DNA of 33,315 nucleotides from Pseudomonadota bacterium (GTDB lineage: Bacteria > Desulfobacterota > JADFVX01), in contig JADFVM010000169.1 of NCBI GenBank assembly GCA_015222555.1, positions 1-33,315 of the forward strand, read 5' to 3'. Within the stretch, counting starts at the first letter, position 1. Each line of letters starts with the position of its first letter. The notes beneath the pieces were generated by a model, which searched no databases, was not told the DNA's origin, and was given only the letters and a program-made list of their open reading frames with translations. The translations under genes were made by a program, and so were the position numbers. This document shows, in pieces, positions 8,776 through 17,713 of this stretch.

Positions 8776-9780
8776 ATGAAAAAGTTTATTTCATCCGGTT
8801 ATTTTCTCATCATATTTTCAGCAATGGCACTGTCCTTCAAGTCCATACTGGTGAAGTTCGCCTTCGCCCTGGGCGTGGAGCCCATGACACTCATGCTGAT
8901 GCGACTCTTTATCGCTCTTCCTTTTTTCATCTTGGCGCTTGCCTTCATGGAGGGGAGGGTTGCCTTCAAGCTAAGGGCGCGCGAGGCGGGCAGCTTTGCC
9001 CTGATGGGAATCGCAGGGATGGGATGCGCCATGATGTTCTCCTTCTATTCCCTGGAGAGGATCGATGCGTCTCTTTCCAACCTACTCGTATTTACCTATC
9101 CAGCCATGACCATCGTTCTGCTTGCCATCTTTTCAGGAGAGAGGCTGTCCATGTCGAAACTCTTTTCATTGTTGGTAACATTCATCGGCCTTTCATTGGT
9201 CGTTAGAATTGATGAGGCAAAAACGATGACGGTCTATGGGAGCGGGGCCCTATTAGCCCTGCTGAGTGCGCTTTGCTATGCTCTGTATAACGTGGTCGGC
9301 GAAAAGGTGATGAAGGGCATATCACCCGTTCGGGTGTCTTCTTATAGCAGCGTTTTTCTGGTGGGATTTTTCGGCTTGTCCTTTGGCAACCGCGCCTATC
9401 CGGAAAGTGCTGAACTCTGGGGAATTGCCGCGGCACTTGGCATCCTGACAGGAGTCATCCCCTTTTTATGCTACATGTACGGGGTGAAAAAAATAGGGGC
9501 CTCAAAGGCGGTTATCATCAGCTCCCTGGGACCCGTTTTTACGGTGTTGTGGGCCTCTCTCTTTCTGGGAGAAATGCTGGATGCCATACAGATCGCAGGA
9601 ATGTGTCTCATCATTCTTGGTGTGATGACGATCAAGGTTCGGTCGCCACTACGTTTCGTAAAGGGAACGGCCGGCGAGATCGGAACTCAACTCGATTTGA
9701 TTTCATCGGATGCACCATCGAAGCGACCTGTTTTTGCATTTATTTGTATGACAGGCCGTGAGAAGGATAGACTTGATTAA
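8776..9780 (+). CDS. EamA/DMT-family transporter
   Basis: About 10 hydrophobic segments in two repeats, with LLVFTYPAMT and SSLGPVFTVLWASLFLGE motifs. Start uncertain (the frame is open from 8671). Confidence 0.9.
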   Translation: MKKFISSGYFLIIFSAMALSFKSILVKFAFALGVEPMTLMLMRLFIALPFFILALAFMEGRVAFKLRAREAGSFALMGIAGMGCAMMFSFYSLERIDASLSNLLVFTYPAMTIVLLAIFSGERLSMSKLFSLLVTFIGLSLVVRIDEAKTMTVYGSGALLALLSALCYALYNVVGEKVMKGISPVRVSSYSSVFLVGFFGLSFGNRAYPESAELWGIAAALGILTGVIPFLCYMYGVKKIGASKAVIISSLGPVFTVLWASLFLGEMLDAIQIAGMCLIILGVMTIKVRSPLRFVKGTAGEIGTQLDLISSDAPSKRPVFAFICMTGREKDRLD

Positions 9781-9799
9781 TAATTGCTGGAGAATATAA

Positions 9800-9838
9800 A
9801 AAGAGTCAGCCCGTCAAGGGCTGACTCTTTATTTTTTT
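9800..9838. terminator. Bidirectional intrinsic terminator
   Basis: AAAGAGTCAGCCC-gtcaa-GGGCTGACTCTTT between convergent genes, with A- and T-rich flanks. Confidence 0.85.
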
Positions 9839-9850
9839 ACTTGTTGAGCA

Positions 9851-10144
9851 TCAATCTTCCTGGTAGTGCGGTGCCCCCAGTTCCTTGAGAGAGAAATTAT
9901 TGAAAACACGATGTCCGTCGTAGTCAAGAACCCGCAAATCATCTGCCTGGTTCAGGTCGCCCATGACCACGTTAAAATGGTTGCCATATTGTTTCTTAAC
10001 CTTATCTTCAGAGACCTCATAAGAGATGAATTTTTTAATTCCCTTCGTCGCTAACTTTTTAACCAGCCTTGGTTCGATAATGGAATCGTAGGAGGTTAAA
10101 ATAAGAATAGGCCCCGTACCGGTGAAATAAATTCCCGCTTTCAT
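9851..10144 (-). CDS. Hypothetical cytosolic protein (97 aa)
   Basis: Strong SD AAGGAGG and globular composition (GPILILTSY, KGIKKFISYEV, LRVLDYDG). Function not recognised. Confidence 0.8.
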   Translation of the reverse strand: MKAGIYFTGTGPILILTSYDSIIEPRLVKKLATKGIKKFISYEVSEDKVKKQYGNHFNVVMGDLNQADDLRVLDYDGHRVFNNFSLKELGAPHYQED

Positions 10145-10275
10145 GATATGCCTCCTTTTTGTATTTCAAAAATTAAAGTCCCTTATATTTTAAGTTTACG
10201 TTAATAAATGGACATTTGCAAAAAAAAGACTGGAGCAAAAGACGACACCCTTAACATTAAGGAATAAAAGGTGGG

Positions 10276-10599
10276 TCAGTAATACTCAATTTTGTAGGAC
10301 TTGAGCAGCTGTGTCTCCCCATCGAAAATGAGCGTCCTTTTTTCGCCAAATACGGTTGGCGCTGTATATGAGTAGGTGCTACGTGTGTCAATAAAGTATT
10401 CCTCTATCCAGATGCCGGTGATCGTTTCTTCCCCATCGATTACCTCGTCGGGACTGTGCCACTTTTTTACCACATCCTCATAAGTGATCCTGCCAATGCC
10501 GTTATCGAGATAGTCTGTGAGCATCTTGTGGCCTTTGGTGGCGGCGCAGGCTGACAGAACCAGCATCGCTGTAAAAAGGAATACTGCCTTTAGATTCAT
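10276..10599 (-). CDS. Hypothetical lipoprotein
   Basis: Start reassigned to MNLKAVFLFTAMLVLSA-C (lipobox LSAC), with a GGAGG SD. Confidence 0.8.
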   Translation of the reverse strand: MNLKAVFLFTAMLVLSACAATKGHKMLTDYLDNGIGRITYEDVVKKWHSPDEVIDGEETITGIWIEEYFIDTRSTYSYTAPTVFGEKRTLIFDGETQLLKSYKIEYY

Positions 10600-10768
10600 A
10601 TGATTTCCTCCCTTGTTTCGAAACTCTTGCCTTAAAAAAAGTATACACCAAAAAAGAAGCAAAGGGGGACAGGCCTCAATACAGTAAACTTCTCTGCTCG
10701 GCTTATTTGGAGGGGGTAAGAAAAACCTCTTAACAGAGTACATTTAATTTCCGGGGAAGGGCAAAGAC

Positions 10769-10815
10769 TTGACAAGGCCATTAAGGCACTTTATTCTAAA
10801 ACTTTAGTCTAAAGT
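10769..10815 (+). promoter_or_regulatory. Sigma70 promoter with an adjacent palindromic operator candidate
   Basis: TTGACA (10769-10774), 17 nt, TATTCT (10792-10797). The palindrome ACTTTAG-t-CTAAAGT (10801-10815) covers the predicted start site. Confidence 0.6.
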
Positions 10816-10842
10816 CTAAAACAAAAAAAGAGGTAAACTGAA

Positions 10843-11970
10843 ATGGAACTAAGTGAAGAACAACTTGAACGTTATTCAAGACATTTGATTTTGCCTGAGG
10901 TTGGGGAGGAAGGTCAGAAAAAGTTGCTTAAGAGCAAGGTCTTTGTCCTCGGCGCCGGGGGCCTGGGCTCGCCGTCGCTTTACTACCTGGCTGCAGCAGG
11001 TGTGGGGACCATCGGCCTTGCTGACGGCGATGCAGTGGAACTGACCAACCTCCAGCGTCAGATAATACATTCAAACGACAGAGTGGGTGCAAGAAAGACC
11101 GACTCGGCTAAACAGACCATAACGGGACTCAATCCGGATGTCAATGTCGTTACCTATGATTGTCGCATAACAGCCGATAACGTGAGGGAGATTATCAGGG
11201 ATTACGACATCATCCTCGACGGGAGTGATAACTTCCCAACGAGGTTTCTCATGAATGATGCCGCCTACTTTGAAAAAAAGCCACTTGTCTCGGGTGCCAT
11301 GTTCCGTTTTGACGGTCAGGTCTCCGTCTTCAGTGGTCACGATGACTACCCCTGCTACAGGTGTCTTTACAGCGAGCCACCACCGCCCGGGCTTGCACCG
11401 AGCTGTAACGAGGCCGGTGTATTGGGCGCCCTTCCCGGTGTGATAGGCGTCATGCAGGCTGTGGAGGCCATAAAAATCATCCTTGGTGCAGGCAAGCCGC
11501 TCATGGGTAAACTTCTCGTCTTCGACGCCCTGGATGCCAGTTTTAAAAAGCTCGCAGTGAGGAAAGACCCCGAGTGTGCTCTCTGCAGTGAGAAGGCGAC
11601 TATTAAAGAAGTCGTTGCCTACGAAGAAGCCTGCGAATTGAGGGCGCCCGTCGGCACCCCTCTTATAAAGGTAGGAGAACTTCATGAGCGGCTCAAATCA
11701 AGTGAGCCTCCCGTACTCCTCGACATCAGGGAGACAGGTGAGCTTTCGAGCCATCTCGGTCACCTTGAAGGGATTGTCCACATACCGCTTGGGCTACTTG
11801 AAAAGCGTGTTGGAGAGCTGGATGGTGTGAGGGACAGAGAGATATCCATTATCTGCCGGTCCGGACAGAGGGCGGTGCCAGCGTCAGATATTCTTAAAAA
11901 GAATAACTTCAGGAATGTGAATATCCTCGATGGAGGCATGCTGACCTGGCATAAGGAGTTTGGTGAATAA
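10843..11970 (+). CDS. moeB: MoeB/ThiF-family adenylyltransferase fused to a C-terminal rhodanese (MoeZ-like)
   Basis: RYSRH, GAGGLGS, NLQRQ, DGSDNF, zinc pairs CYRC and CALC, and SCNEAGV. Rhodanese domain with LDIRE and active-site loop CRSGQR. Confidence 0.92.
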   Translation: MELSEEQLERYSRHLILPEVGEEGQKKLLKSKVFVLGAGGLGSPSLYYLAAAGVGTIGLADGDAVELTNLQRQIIHSNDRVGARKTDSAKQTITGLNPDVNVVTYDCRITADNVREIIRDYDIILDGSDNFPTRFLMNDAAYFEKKPLVSGAMFRFDGQVSVFSGHDDYPCYRCLYSEPPPPGLAPSCNEAGVLGALPGVIGVMQAVEAIKIILGAGKPLMGKLLVFDALDASFKKLAVRKDPECALCSEKATIKEVVAYEEACELRAPVGTPLIKVGELHERLKSSEPPVLLDIRETGELSSHLGHLEGIVHIPLGLLEKRVGELDGVRDREISIICRSGQRAVPASDILKKNNFRNVNILDGGMLTWHKEFGE

Positions 11971-13195
11971 TATAGGCAACGATGGTAACAAAAGGAGGAA
12001 TGACAACAAGCATCCTATGACGCTTGCAGTTGTATTCGCCCGAGCCTTTTTGCTCTTGCTACTCTTGTCAGCCCCTTCATATGGACAAGTGCGCGAATTA
12101 AATATAATCTACACGGGCAGCCTGCAGGGGCAACTGGAACCCTGCGGCTGCTCTCCAAAAACAGACTTCGGCGGTGTAGCAAGAATATCAGGCTATCTAA
12201 CAGAACATGAAAGATCACTTTCTCCTTATATCCTTCTCGATGCAGGCAATTTTTCAGATAAGGACACAGCCCAGGGAAGGCTGAAGATAAAAGCGATGTT
12301 GAAGTCCTTCAGCCTTATGAGATATAATGCCCTTGCTTTAATGGGCCGGGAAAGCAGTTTTGATCGGGATTTTCTCTGTTCCTTACAGGGAAAATACAAT
12401 GTACCTGTTGTATCCGGATTTAAAGACGCTGAACACTCGCTTACATTAAGGCAGGATAGCCTTAATATAAATGTGAGCGCCCATCCTGAGGGGATTAAGG
12501 CTGAGATGTTGAACATTTTGCTGACGGAACTTCCCCTTGACGAGGCAAGGCTTATAAAAGGGTGGGATCTTATCATCACTTCATCGGGAGAAGAGCTTGA
12601 AGAGCCTGTCAGAACAGATGGAACTGTGCTTGTGTCGGGCTATCCAAAGGGAAAAAAGCTTGGTATTCTGACGGTGAAAACCAATGGTCAAAGAATGGTT
12701 GACTTTACACACAGATGGGTTTCTATTGGTAAGGAATTAGAAGAGGATGAGAGGGCCCGAGACGTACTTAATGATTATGATAAAGAAGTGGCCAGGCTCA
12801 TTGCTGAAGCTGAAAAACCGGAGACGGGTACGACCTACGCAGGTGTGGCCAAATGTTCCGGGTGCCATCAGCCATTCGAGGAAAGCTGGAAGAAGACAGC
12901 TCACGCCAAGGCCGTTGCAACCCTTGAGTCGGCAGGAAAATCGGCAGACCCTGAATGCCTGATCTGTCATACCGTCGGATATGGTGAGGAGGGCGGCTTT
13001 TTCAGCATTGAAACGACACCGGAGCTTAAAAATGTACAGTGTGAGGCATGTCATGGCCTGGATATGGAGCATCTGACAGACTTTTCAAGGCCCATGCAGC
13101 CTGTCACTGAAAGGGTCTGCCTGAAATGTCATACAGAAAGTAATAGCCCTGATTTTGACTATCCCCTTTATCTGGAGAAAATTAAACACTGGTAA
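11963..13195 (+). CDS. Exported UshA/5'-nucleotidase-like domain fused to a tetraheme c554-like cytochrome
   Basis: Signal peptide, GQLEPCGC..GG, LLDAGN, and four CXXCH motifs (CSGCH, CLICH, CEACH, CLKCH). Start is either GTG 11963 (AAGGAG SD) or ATG 12017. Confidence 0.85.
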   Translation: MNNIGNDGNKRRNDNKHPMTLAVVFARAFLLLLLLSAPSYGQVRELNIIYTGSLQGQLEPCGCSPKTDFGGVARISGYLTEHERSLSPYILLDAGNFSDKDTAQGRLKIKAMLKSFSLMRYNALALMGRESSFDRDFLCSLQGKYNVPVVSGFKDAEHSLTLRQDSLNINVSAHPEGIKAEMLNILLTELPLDEARLIKGWDLIITSSGEELEEPVRTDGTVLVSGYPKGKKLGILTVKTNGQRMVDFTHRWVSIGKELEEDERARDVLNDYDKEVARLIAEAEKPETGTTYAGVAKCSGCHQPFEESWKKTAHAKAVATLESAGKSADPECLICHTVGYGEEGGFFSIETTPELKNVQCEACHGLDMEHLTDFSRPMQPVTERVCLKCHTESNSPDFDYPLYLEKIKHW

Positions 13196-13277
13196 TTATT
13201 CAGCTTATGTCTTGCGCTGAGGTAAAATAGAGCTAAGCTGTAAAGTTAAATACAAATATAAATGTCGGAGGAATTAA

Positions 13278-13907
13278 ATGAGTCTTAAGAAAATATCTGT
13301 AATGCTGTTAACTTTACTTTTGTTGCCCCTGTCCGCAGAGGCCGGCAAAAAGCCTTCCCTTGAAGGTGCATATACAACTCTGCCGGGAGCAGAGTTTAAA
13401 TTTGACGGCAAGACAGTTGAGGTTGTAGAGTTTCTCAGCTTCAGTTGCGGTACCTGTTATGCCTTTGAAAGGTCGGTCCCCATCATAAAAGGGAACTTCC
13501 CAAAAAAGATCAAATGGACAATCGTGCCTATTTATTGGGGAGGTAAAAAAGGCTCCCTTCCTGCGGAAGCTTATCTTCTCGCTGTGGAGGCTGGAAAAGG
13601 AGAAAAGATGAAAAAAGCCCTCTTTCAGGCTAGCATGGTTGATAAGCTAAACATTACAGATGTTAATGTTCTGGAGCGCATCGCCGGCAGAGTGGGTCTC
13701 GGCTTTGATTTTAGCAGAAAAATCAGGACCGGGGCAAAGGCCGGAGAAGTTCAGAAAGGGTTGGATCTGGCCAAGACATACAGCATTAACGAAACACCTA
13801 CCCTGGTTATTGCCGGCAATGTGGCAACTAATCCACATACTGCACATCACGATCTTGATCAATTCAGGATGAATGTTATTACCATTATAAAGAGTATACT
13901 CAAATAG
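13278..13907 (+). CDS. DsbA-family periplasmic thiol:disulfide oxidoreductase
   Basis: Signal peptide (AEA), VVEFLSFSCGTC CXXC motif, and cis-Pro loop ETPTLVI. Confidence 0.85.
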   Translation: MSLKKISVMLLTLLLLPLSAEAGKKPSLEGAYTTLPGAEFKFDGKTVEVVEFLSFSCGTCYAFERSVPIIKGNFPKKIKWTIVPIYWGGKKGSLPAEAYLLAVEAGKGEKMKKALFQASMVDKLNITDVNVLERIAGRVGLGFDFSRKIRTGAKAGEVQKGLDLAKTYSINETPTLVIAGNVATNPHTAHHDLDQFRMNVITIIKSILK

Positions 13908-13986
13908 AGTGTTTTTTAATAACCAACCCCAAGCGATTAAAAAACCAAAGCCTCTGGACGTGGATTCTTTACTCCTTTTTGGATTT

Positions 13987-14016
13987 AAAACTCCGCTGCC
14001 TGCAGCGGAGAGTTTT
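13987..14016. terminator. Probable terminator between convergent dsbA-like and udp genes
   Basis: AAAA-CTCCGCTG-cctg-CAGCGGAG-AGTTTT. Confidence 0.55.
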
Positions 14017-14059
14017 ATTCCTTATCCCCTCTCCCAGTTCTTTTATCCCTAATCCTCAT

Positions 14060-14830
14060 TTAAAGAAACTCCAGGGCGGCAACTGAAGCCTTGATGAGAT
14101 TAGACTCGCCAATTTCCAGTGCATCCCGCGTAACAGACTCTCCCTGGATGCCGCGAACGTTGATTACAGCGGTGATGCATCCTCCCTTCAGACCGAGGCA
14201 GGAAGTCATTGTAAAGAGCGTGGCCGCCTCCATTTCAAAGTTAAGGACATTAAGGCTGCTCCACTCATCAGTGGAGCCCTTAAGTCTCCGCAGGACATAG
14301 CCGGAGTAGGTATCACTCCGTTCCTCTCCAGGATAAAAGGTGTCTGACGAGGCGGTGATTCCGACATGATAGGCAATTCCCGCCGCCCTGGAGCCTTCGA
14401 TGAGTGCCGAGACCACATTGTGATCGGCAACTGCCGGATACTCGACAGGCGCATAGTCTTTTGATGCGCCATCAAGCCGTACAGCACCCGTGGTGATTAC
14501 CACATCGCCGATCTCCAAGTGATCCTGGATAGCTCCTGTCGTCCCGACACGGACAAAGGTCCTCACACCGATCTTCGCCAGCTCTTCGATGGCTATGGCC
14601 GTAGAGGGCCCGCCAATCCCTGTCGATGTGACAAGAAAATTCCTGTCACCTGTTCTGGCAAGATAGGTGCAGTATTCCCGGTGCCAGGCAAGCTTTTGTG
14701 TTTCTCCTCCAAATCTGGAAGCGATCTCCTTTGCAATATGTTCCACACGAAAGGGATCTCCCGGCATGAGGACCACCTGCGCCCCCTCAATCATCGCGTC
14801 ATCGAGATCAATATGATACATCTTTTCCAT
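14060..14830 (-). CDS. udp: Uridine phosphorylase
   Basis: PGDP.R, STGIGGPSTAIAIEEL, RVGTTGAIQ, SSDTFYPG, NFEME. Start at MEKMYHI with a GGAGG SD. Confidence 0.92.
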   Translation of the reverse strand: MEKMYHIDLDDAMIEGAQVVLMPGDPFRVEHIAKEIASRFGGETQKLAWHREYCTYLARTGDRNFLVTSTGIGGPSTAIAIEELAKIGVRTFVRVGTTGAIQDHLEIGDVVITTGAVRLDGASKDYAPVEYPAVADHNVVSALIEGSRAAGIAYHVGITASSDTFYPGEERSDTYSGYVLRRLKGSTDEWSSLNVLNFEMEAATLFTMTSCLGLKGGCITAVINVRGIQGESVTRDALEIGESNLIKASVAALEFL

Positions 14831-15071
14831 TTTTGGGCTCCCTCCGTTAATCCCGTATCTATGCTGAAATACGTTCATCACTATGCCAGAAAAAAGAGGT
14901 TATATCCAGCCTTTGTTTTAATTTGCTACCCTCCGTTTTCTATATGTTTAGTGCTGCTCAGTTTCTCACGTGGAGATATTCAAGTAATCAAAAGTTTGAC
15001 AACCCTCTAATTCAGCGATAGAGTGTTTATTAACAGCCCCGATTATTTTAATTTCCATTTTCTGGATATAT

Positions 15072-15719
15072 ATGATCCAATTAATCAGAAAATATCTTTT
15101 ATTGTCTATTCTATCCTTTTTTTTCTCTATCACATCCTTTGTCTTTCCCATGGACGGTTTTGCCGGGGAGAAAGTTTATCTTGAAAAGGGGGTATTTCTT
15201 GTCGCAAAGACGGGAATTGGAGGACAATATTTCAAACAAACGGTCATTTTGCTGATTAAGCATGGACGAGAGGGCACGTCAGGTCTTATTATCAACAGGC
15301 CATCAAAACACTTGTTGTCGTCTGTCCTTCCTGGTTTCAAGCAATTTGAAAACAGTAAGGAGCTCTTGTTCGTAGGGGGACCTCTAAAGCCGCACATCCC
15401 ATTGTTGCTTTTAAGGGCTGAAGAGGCGCCCCATGGATGGGTAAAAATAGTTGATGATGTTTATTATAGTCACAATATCGATATTATCGCCCGTAAGACA
15501 AAAGACAAGGACGTGGTGCAAAGTTTGCGTGTTTATGGAGGTTATGCAGGTTGGGCGTCGGGTCAGCTTGAGGCAGAGATATCAAGGGGAGGGTGGAGTA
15601 TTGAGCATGCCGATGCAGGCAGCATTTTTGATAAAAACCCCGAGGACGTCTGGGGTGATTTAATAAAAAAAAGGGAAACAACACCGGCGGGCATGATGCT
15701 TGTGAACTACGAAAAATAG
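15072..15719 (+). CDS. YqgE/AlgH-family protein with N-terminal signal peptide
   Basis: FLVA, F.QTVILL, GLIINRP, FVGGP, GYAGW..GQLEAEI..GGW, W..L motifs. Confidence 0.88.
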   Translation: MIQLIRKYLLLSILSFFFSITSFVFPMDGFAGEKVYLEKGVFLVAKTGIGGQYFKQTVILLIKHGREGTSGLIINRPSKHLLSSVLPGFKQFENSKELLFVGGPLKPHIPLLLLRAEEAPHGWVKIVDDVYYSHNIDIIARKTKDKDVVQSLRVYGGYAGWASGQLEAEISRGGWSIEHADAGSIFDKNPEDVWGDLIKKRETTPAGMMLVNYEK

Positions 15720-15796
15720 GGCCGGAGACCATGTTATATAAAAAAAGGAGAATTTGTTTGATAACTTTGGGACGGAGTCTTTATAGATGAAGCGTA

Positions 15797-16051
15797 TTCC
15801 TGTTCCCGACGATGACGATGGAAAACAAGCGATATAAGCTCTTCGGTGTTGTCACCAACATGGATTGGGAGGGCGGGGAACTTATCCACCGCCCTCTGTG
15901 TCAATATAGTTGAGACACCTACCTTATGTTAAATTAAAGTAGAGGGTAGGCAGGAGAAAGTTTTATGTATAAGGAAGAAAAAGAACTGATTGAGGGAATG
16001 GAAGGAGCCCGTAGGGCGGGGGGTAAACTCCCCTCAGACGATTTTGGAGAG
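15797..16051 (+). pseudogene. IS1380-like transposase fragment interrupted by foreign DNA
   Basis: FPTMTMENKRYKLFGVVTNMDWEGGELIH (15797 to about 15889) and AGGKLPSDDFGE (16016-16051) resemble consecutive segments of IS1380-type DDE transposases. Recalled similarity, not searched. Confidence 0.6.
15899..16018 (+). mobile_element. Left-end remnant of an IS3-like element
   Basis: End-like sequence TGTCAATATAGTTGAGACAC, followed by an SD and the ORF start MYKEEKELIEGMEGARRA. EGARRA is recalled from the N-termini of such transposases. Confidence 0.4.
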
Positions 16052-16294
16052 ATGATTTAAGGAAGAGGTGCGTTTAAATTTACCTGAAAACCACTGATGT
16101 AGCCATTACAAACGGATTATAGGCATCAGGATGAAGCGGAAAAATCCCAAGAGGATGACCAGGGCCTGCTTGTAGGGGAGAAATTGGCCGGCCTGATTAG
16201 TGACGGTGGATTTAGGATATAATTCTTTGCTTGTAAGTGACCATGATAAAAGGCTATAATAAGGTCGCTAAATTTAAGAGATGAGACCTGTCGA

Positions 16295-16585
16295 ATGCTT
16301 GCTTTTTCAGACAATAAGGCCCCAAAAAAATACAATAATCCACGCACATTAGCGGGTATTGGCCTCATTATATTAAGCTATATTGCCGGCTGGCCAGTCA
16401 TAGGTGCGCTGGGCATTATCTCTACCTGGATGAACAGGCCGGACCTGGTTTTGGTCGGTGGCCCTGCCGTTTACATCCTGTCTTACCTTATACTTCTGGC
16501 AGGCATTATTCTTGCCGGAAAAGAATGTGCAAAAATGGTGACGACGAAGGCAATAATCTTTGCAAAATGGCTATTGCCGGTGTAA
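16295..16585 (+). CDS. Small hypothetical membrane protein
   Basis: Two to three hydrophobic segments (GIGLIILSYIAGWP; GGPAVYILSYLILLAGIILAG). Confidence 0.7.
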   Translation: MLAFSDNKAPKKYNNPRTLAGIGLIILSYIAGWPVIGALGIISTWMNRPDLVLVGGPAVYILSYLILLAGIILAGKECAKMVTTKAIIFAKWLLPV

Positions 16586-16744
16586 TTAAAGTCAGGATGT
16601 TCTATGCATCGTTGTTAAGTCGATGTTAATTTACTTCTTCAAAAGCAGGATTGGAACGCTATCGGCTATCGACTCGTTTCTTATCTTCACCGTAAATAAA
16701 AGAAGAGAACAATTTACTGCGCTGCAGGTTTCAGGAGTTGTATT

Positions 16745-17248
16745 ATGGTAAAGGGTAAAAGAGACATGCGAAACTACATCCGACACCCTTCTGACATTCC
16801 GCTTGAGATTGTTACGGAAACACTGCAGGACAGGTCCCCTCAAACAATGAAAGACGTCAGCCTGGGCGGTCTTTCATTTTTCTCAGAGCAAGCACATAAT
16901 ATATGGGATATCATCAAAGTTAGCATCCCCTATGTTAAACCGGCCTTTGTCAGTGAAGGTCAGGTAACGTGGTGTATTAAACAGGGAGATCGATATGAGG
17001 TGGGAGTTGAGTTCTTCACTGCAGACGATGACAGCAGGGCCCGTATAGTTAAGCAAGTTTTTTATATTGAAGATTTTATAAAAGAGGTGAAAAAGCCGGG
17101 TAGAGGCAGGGACGACATTGAATTAGCGGCACGTGAATGGATTAAACGGCATGTTGTTGATTCTCTCGAAAATGAACCCGATCTTTTTACCTCTAAAATT
17201 AGCCCGAAAAAAGGATCAGACCTTAATAACAGCGATCAACTACTCTGA
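16745..17248 (+). CDS. PilZ-domain protein (candidate c-di-GMP receptor)
   Basis: RxxxR (RNYIR) and DxSxGG (DVSLGG) motifs, G.V.WC, YEVGVEF. AGGAG SD. Confidence 0.88.
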   Translation: MVKGKRDMRNYIRHPSDIPLEIVTETLQDRSPQTMKDVSLGGLSFFSEQAHNIWDIIKVSIPYVKPAFVSEGQVTWCIKQGDRYEVGVEFFTADDDSRARIVKQVFYIEDFIKEVKKPGRGRDDIELAAREWIKRHVVDSLENEPDLFTSKISPKKGSDLNNSDQLL

Positions 17249-17671
17249 ACCTGACGTCTTTCCCTCTGCCTTGCCGATATAACCCATAGCAAGATGTTGA
17301 GGGACATACTTTATCTCGCCAGTTGATTTATTATAGTAAACAGGATTACTTCCCTTAAAGCCGACGGAGGGATCCTTTGACATGATAAATGCGTGGGTAT
17401 CCCAGAAAAAAAGCCAACCCGATCCATCCCTGCAGTCTATCCCGTCATAAAGAGCAATCTCTCTTCCCGTCCGGAAGAATTCCTCATTCAGATAAGTAAG
17501 CAAGGCTTGCGCCGCCTCTTCCTTATTCTGAGTTGCCTTCATCCCCGGAAGTGCAATCTCACGTCCTTTGTCCTTCCTCTTTTTCGGTATGCGCTCTGAG
17601 AGGGAATATCCCATATAGAGGAAAAACACGAAGGCAACGGCGATAAAACTATAAAGATAAATTCCATCCAT
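17240..17671 (-). CDS. Membrane-anchored protein with a YrhB/Imm35-like domain
   Basis: N-terminal TM helix. GWLFFWDT...KGSNPVYYNKSTGEI resembles the YrhB/Imm35 pattern GWxFF...GNxP..VDK..G. Confidence 0.55.
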   Translation of the reverse strand: MDGIYLYSFIAVAFVFFLYMGYSLSERIPKKRKDKGREIALPGMKATQNKEEAAQALLTYLNEEFFRTGREIALYDGIDCRDGSGWLFFWDTHAFIMSKDPSVGFKGSNPVYYNKSTGEIKYVPQHLAMGYIGKAEGKTSGSE

Positions 17672-17713
17672 ACTGCTATTAGAGATTTAAAATGCTAAAA
17701 AGTATCATTTTTT

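Noticed and set aside
10600-10743. N-terminal extension of the 155-aa ORF
   Set aside because: The SD and lipobox point to a start at 10599.
12140-12155. Possible selenocysteine recoding at the CGC motif
   Set aside because: The codons are TGC-GGC-TGC with no in-frame TGA. I saw no convincing TGA read-through elsewhere.
15882-15890. DnaA-box-like TTATCCACC
   Set aside because: A single mismatched copy inside a transposase remnant, with no origin context.
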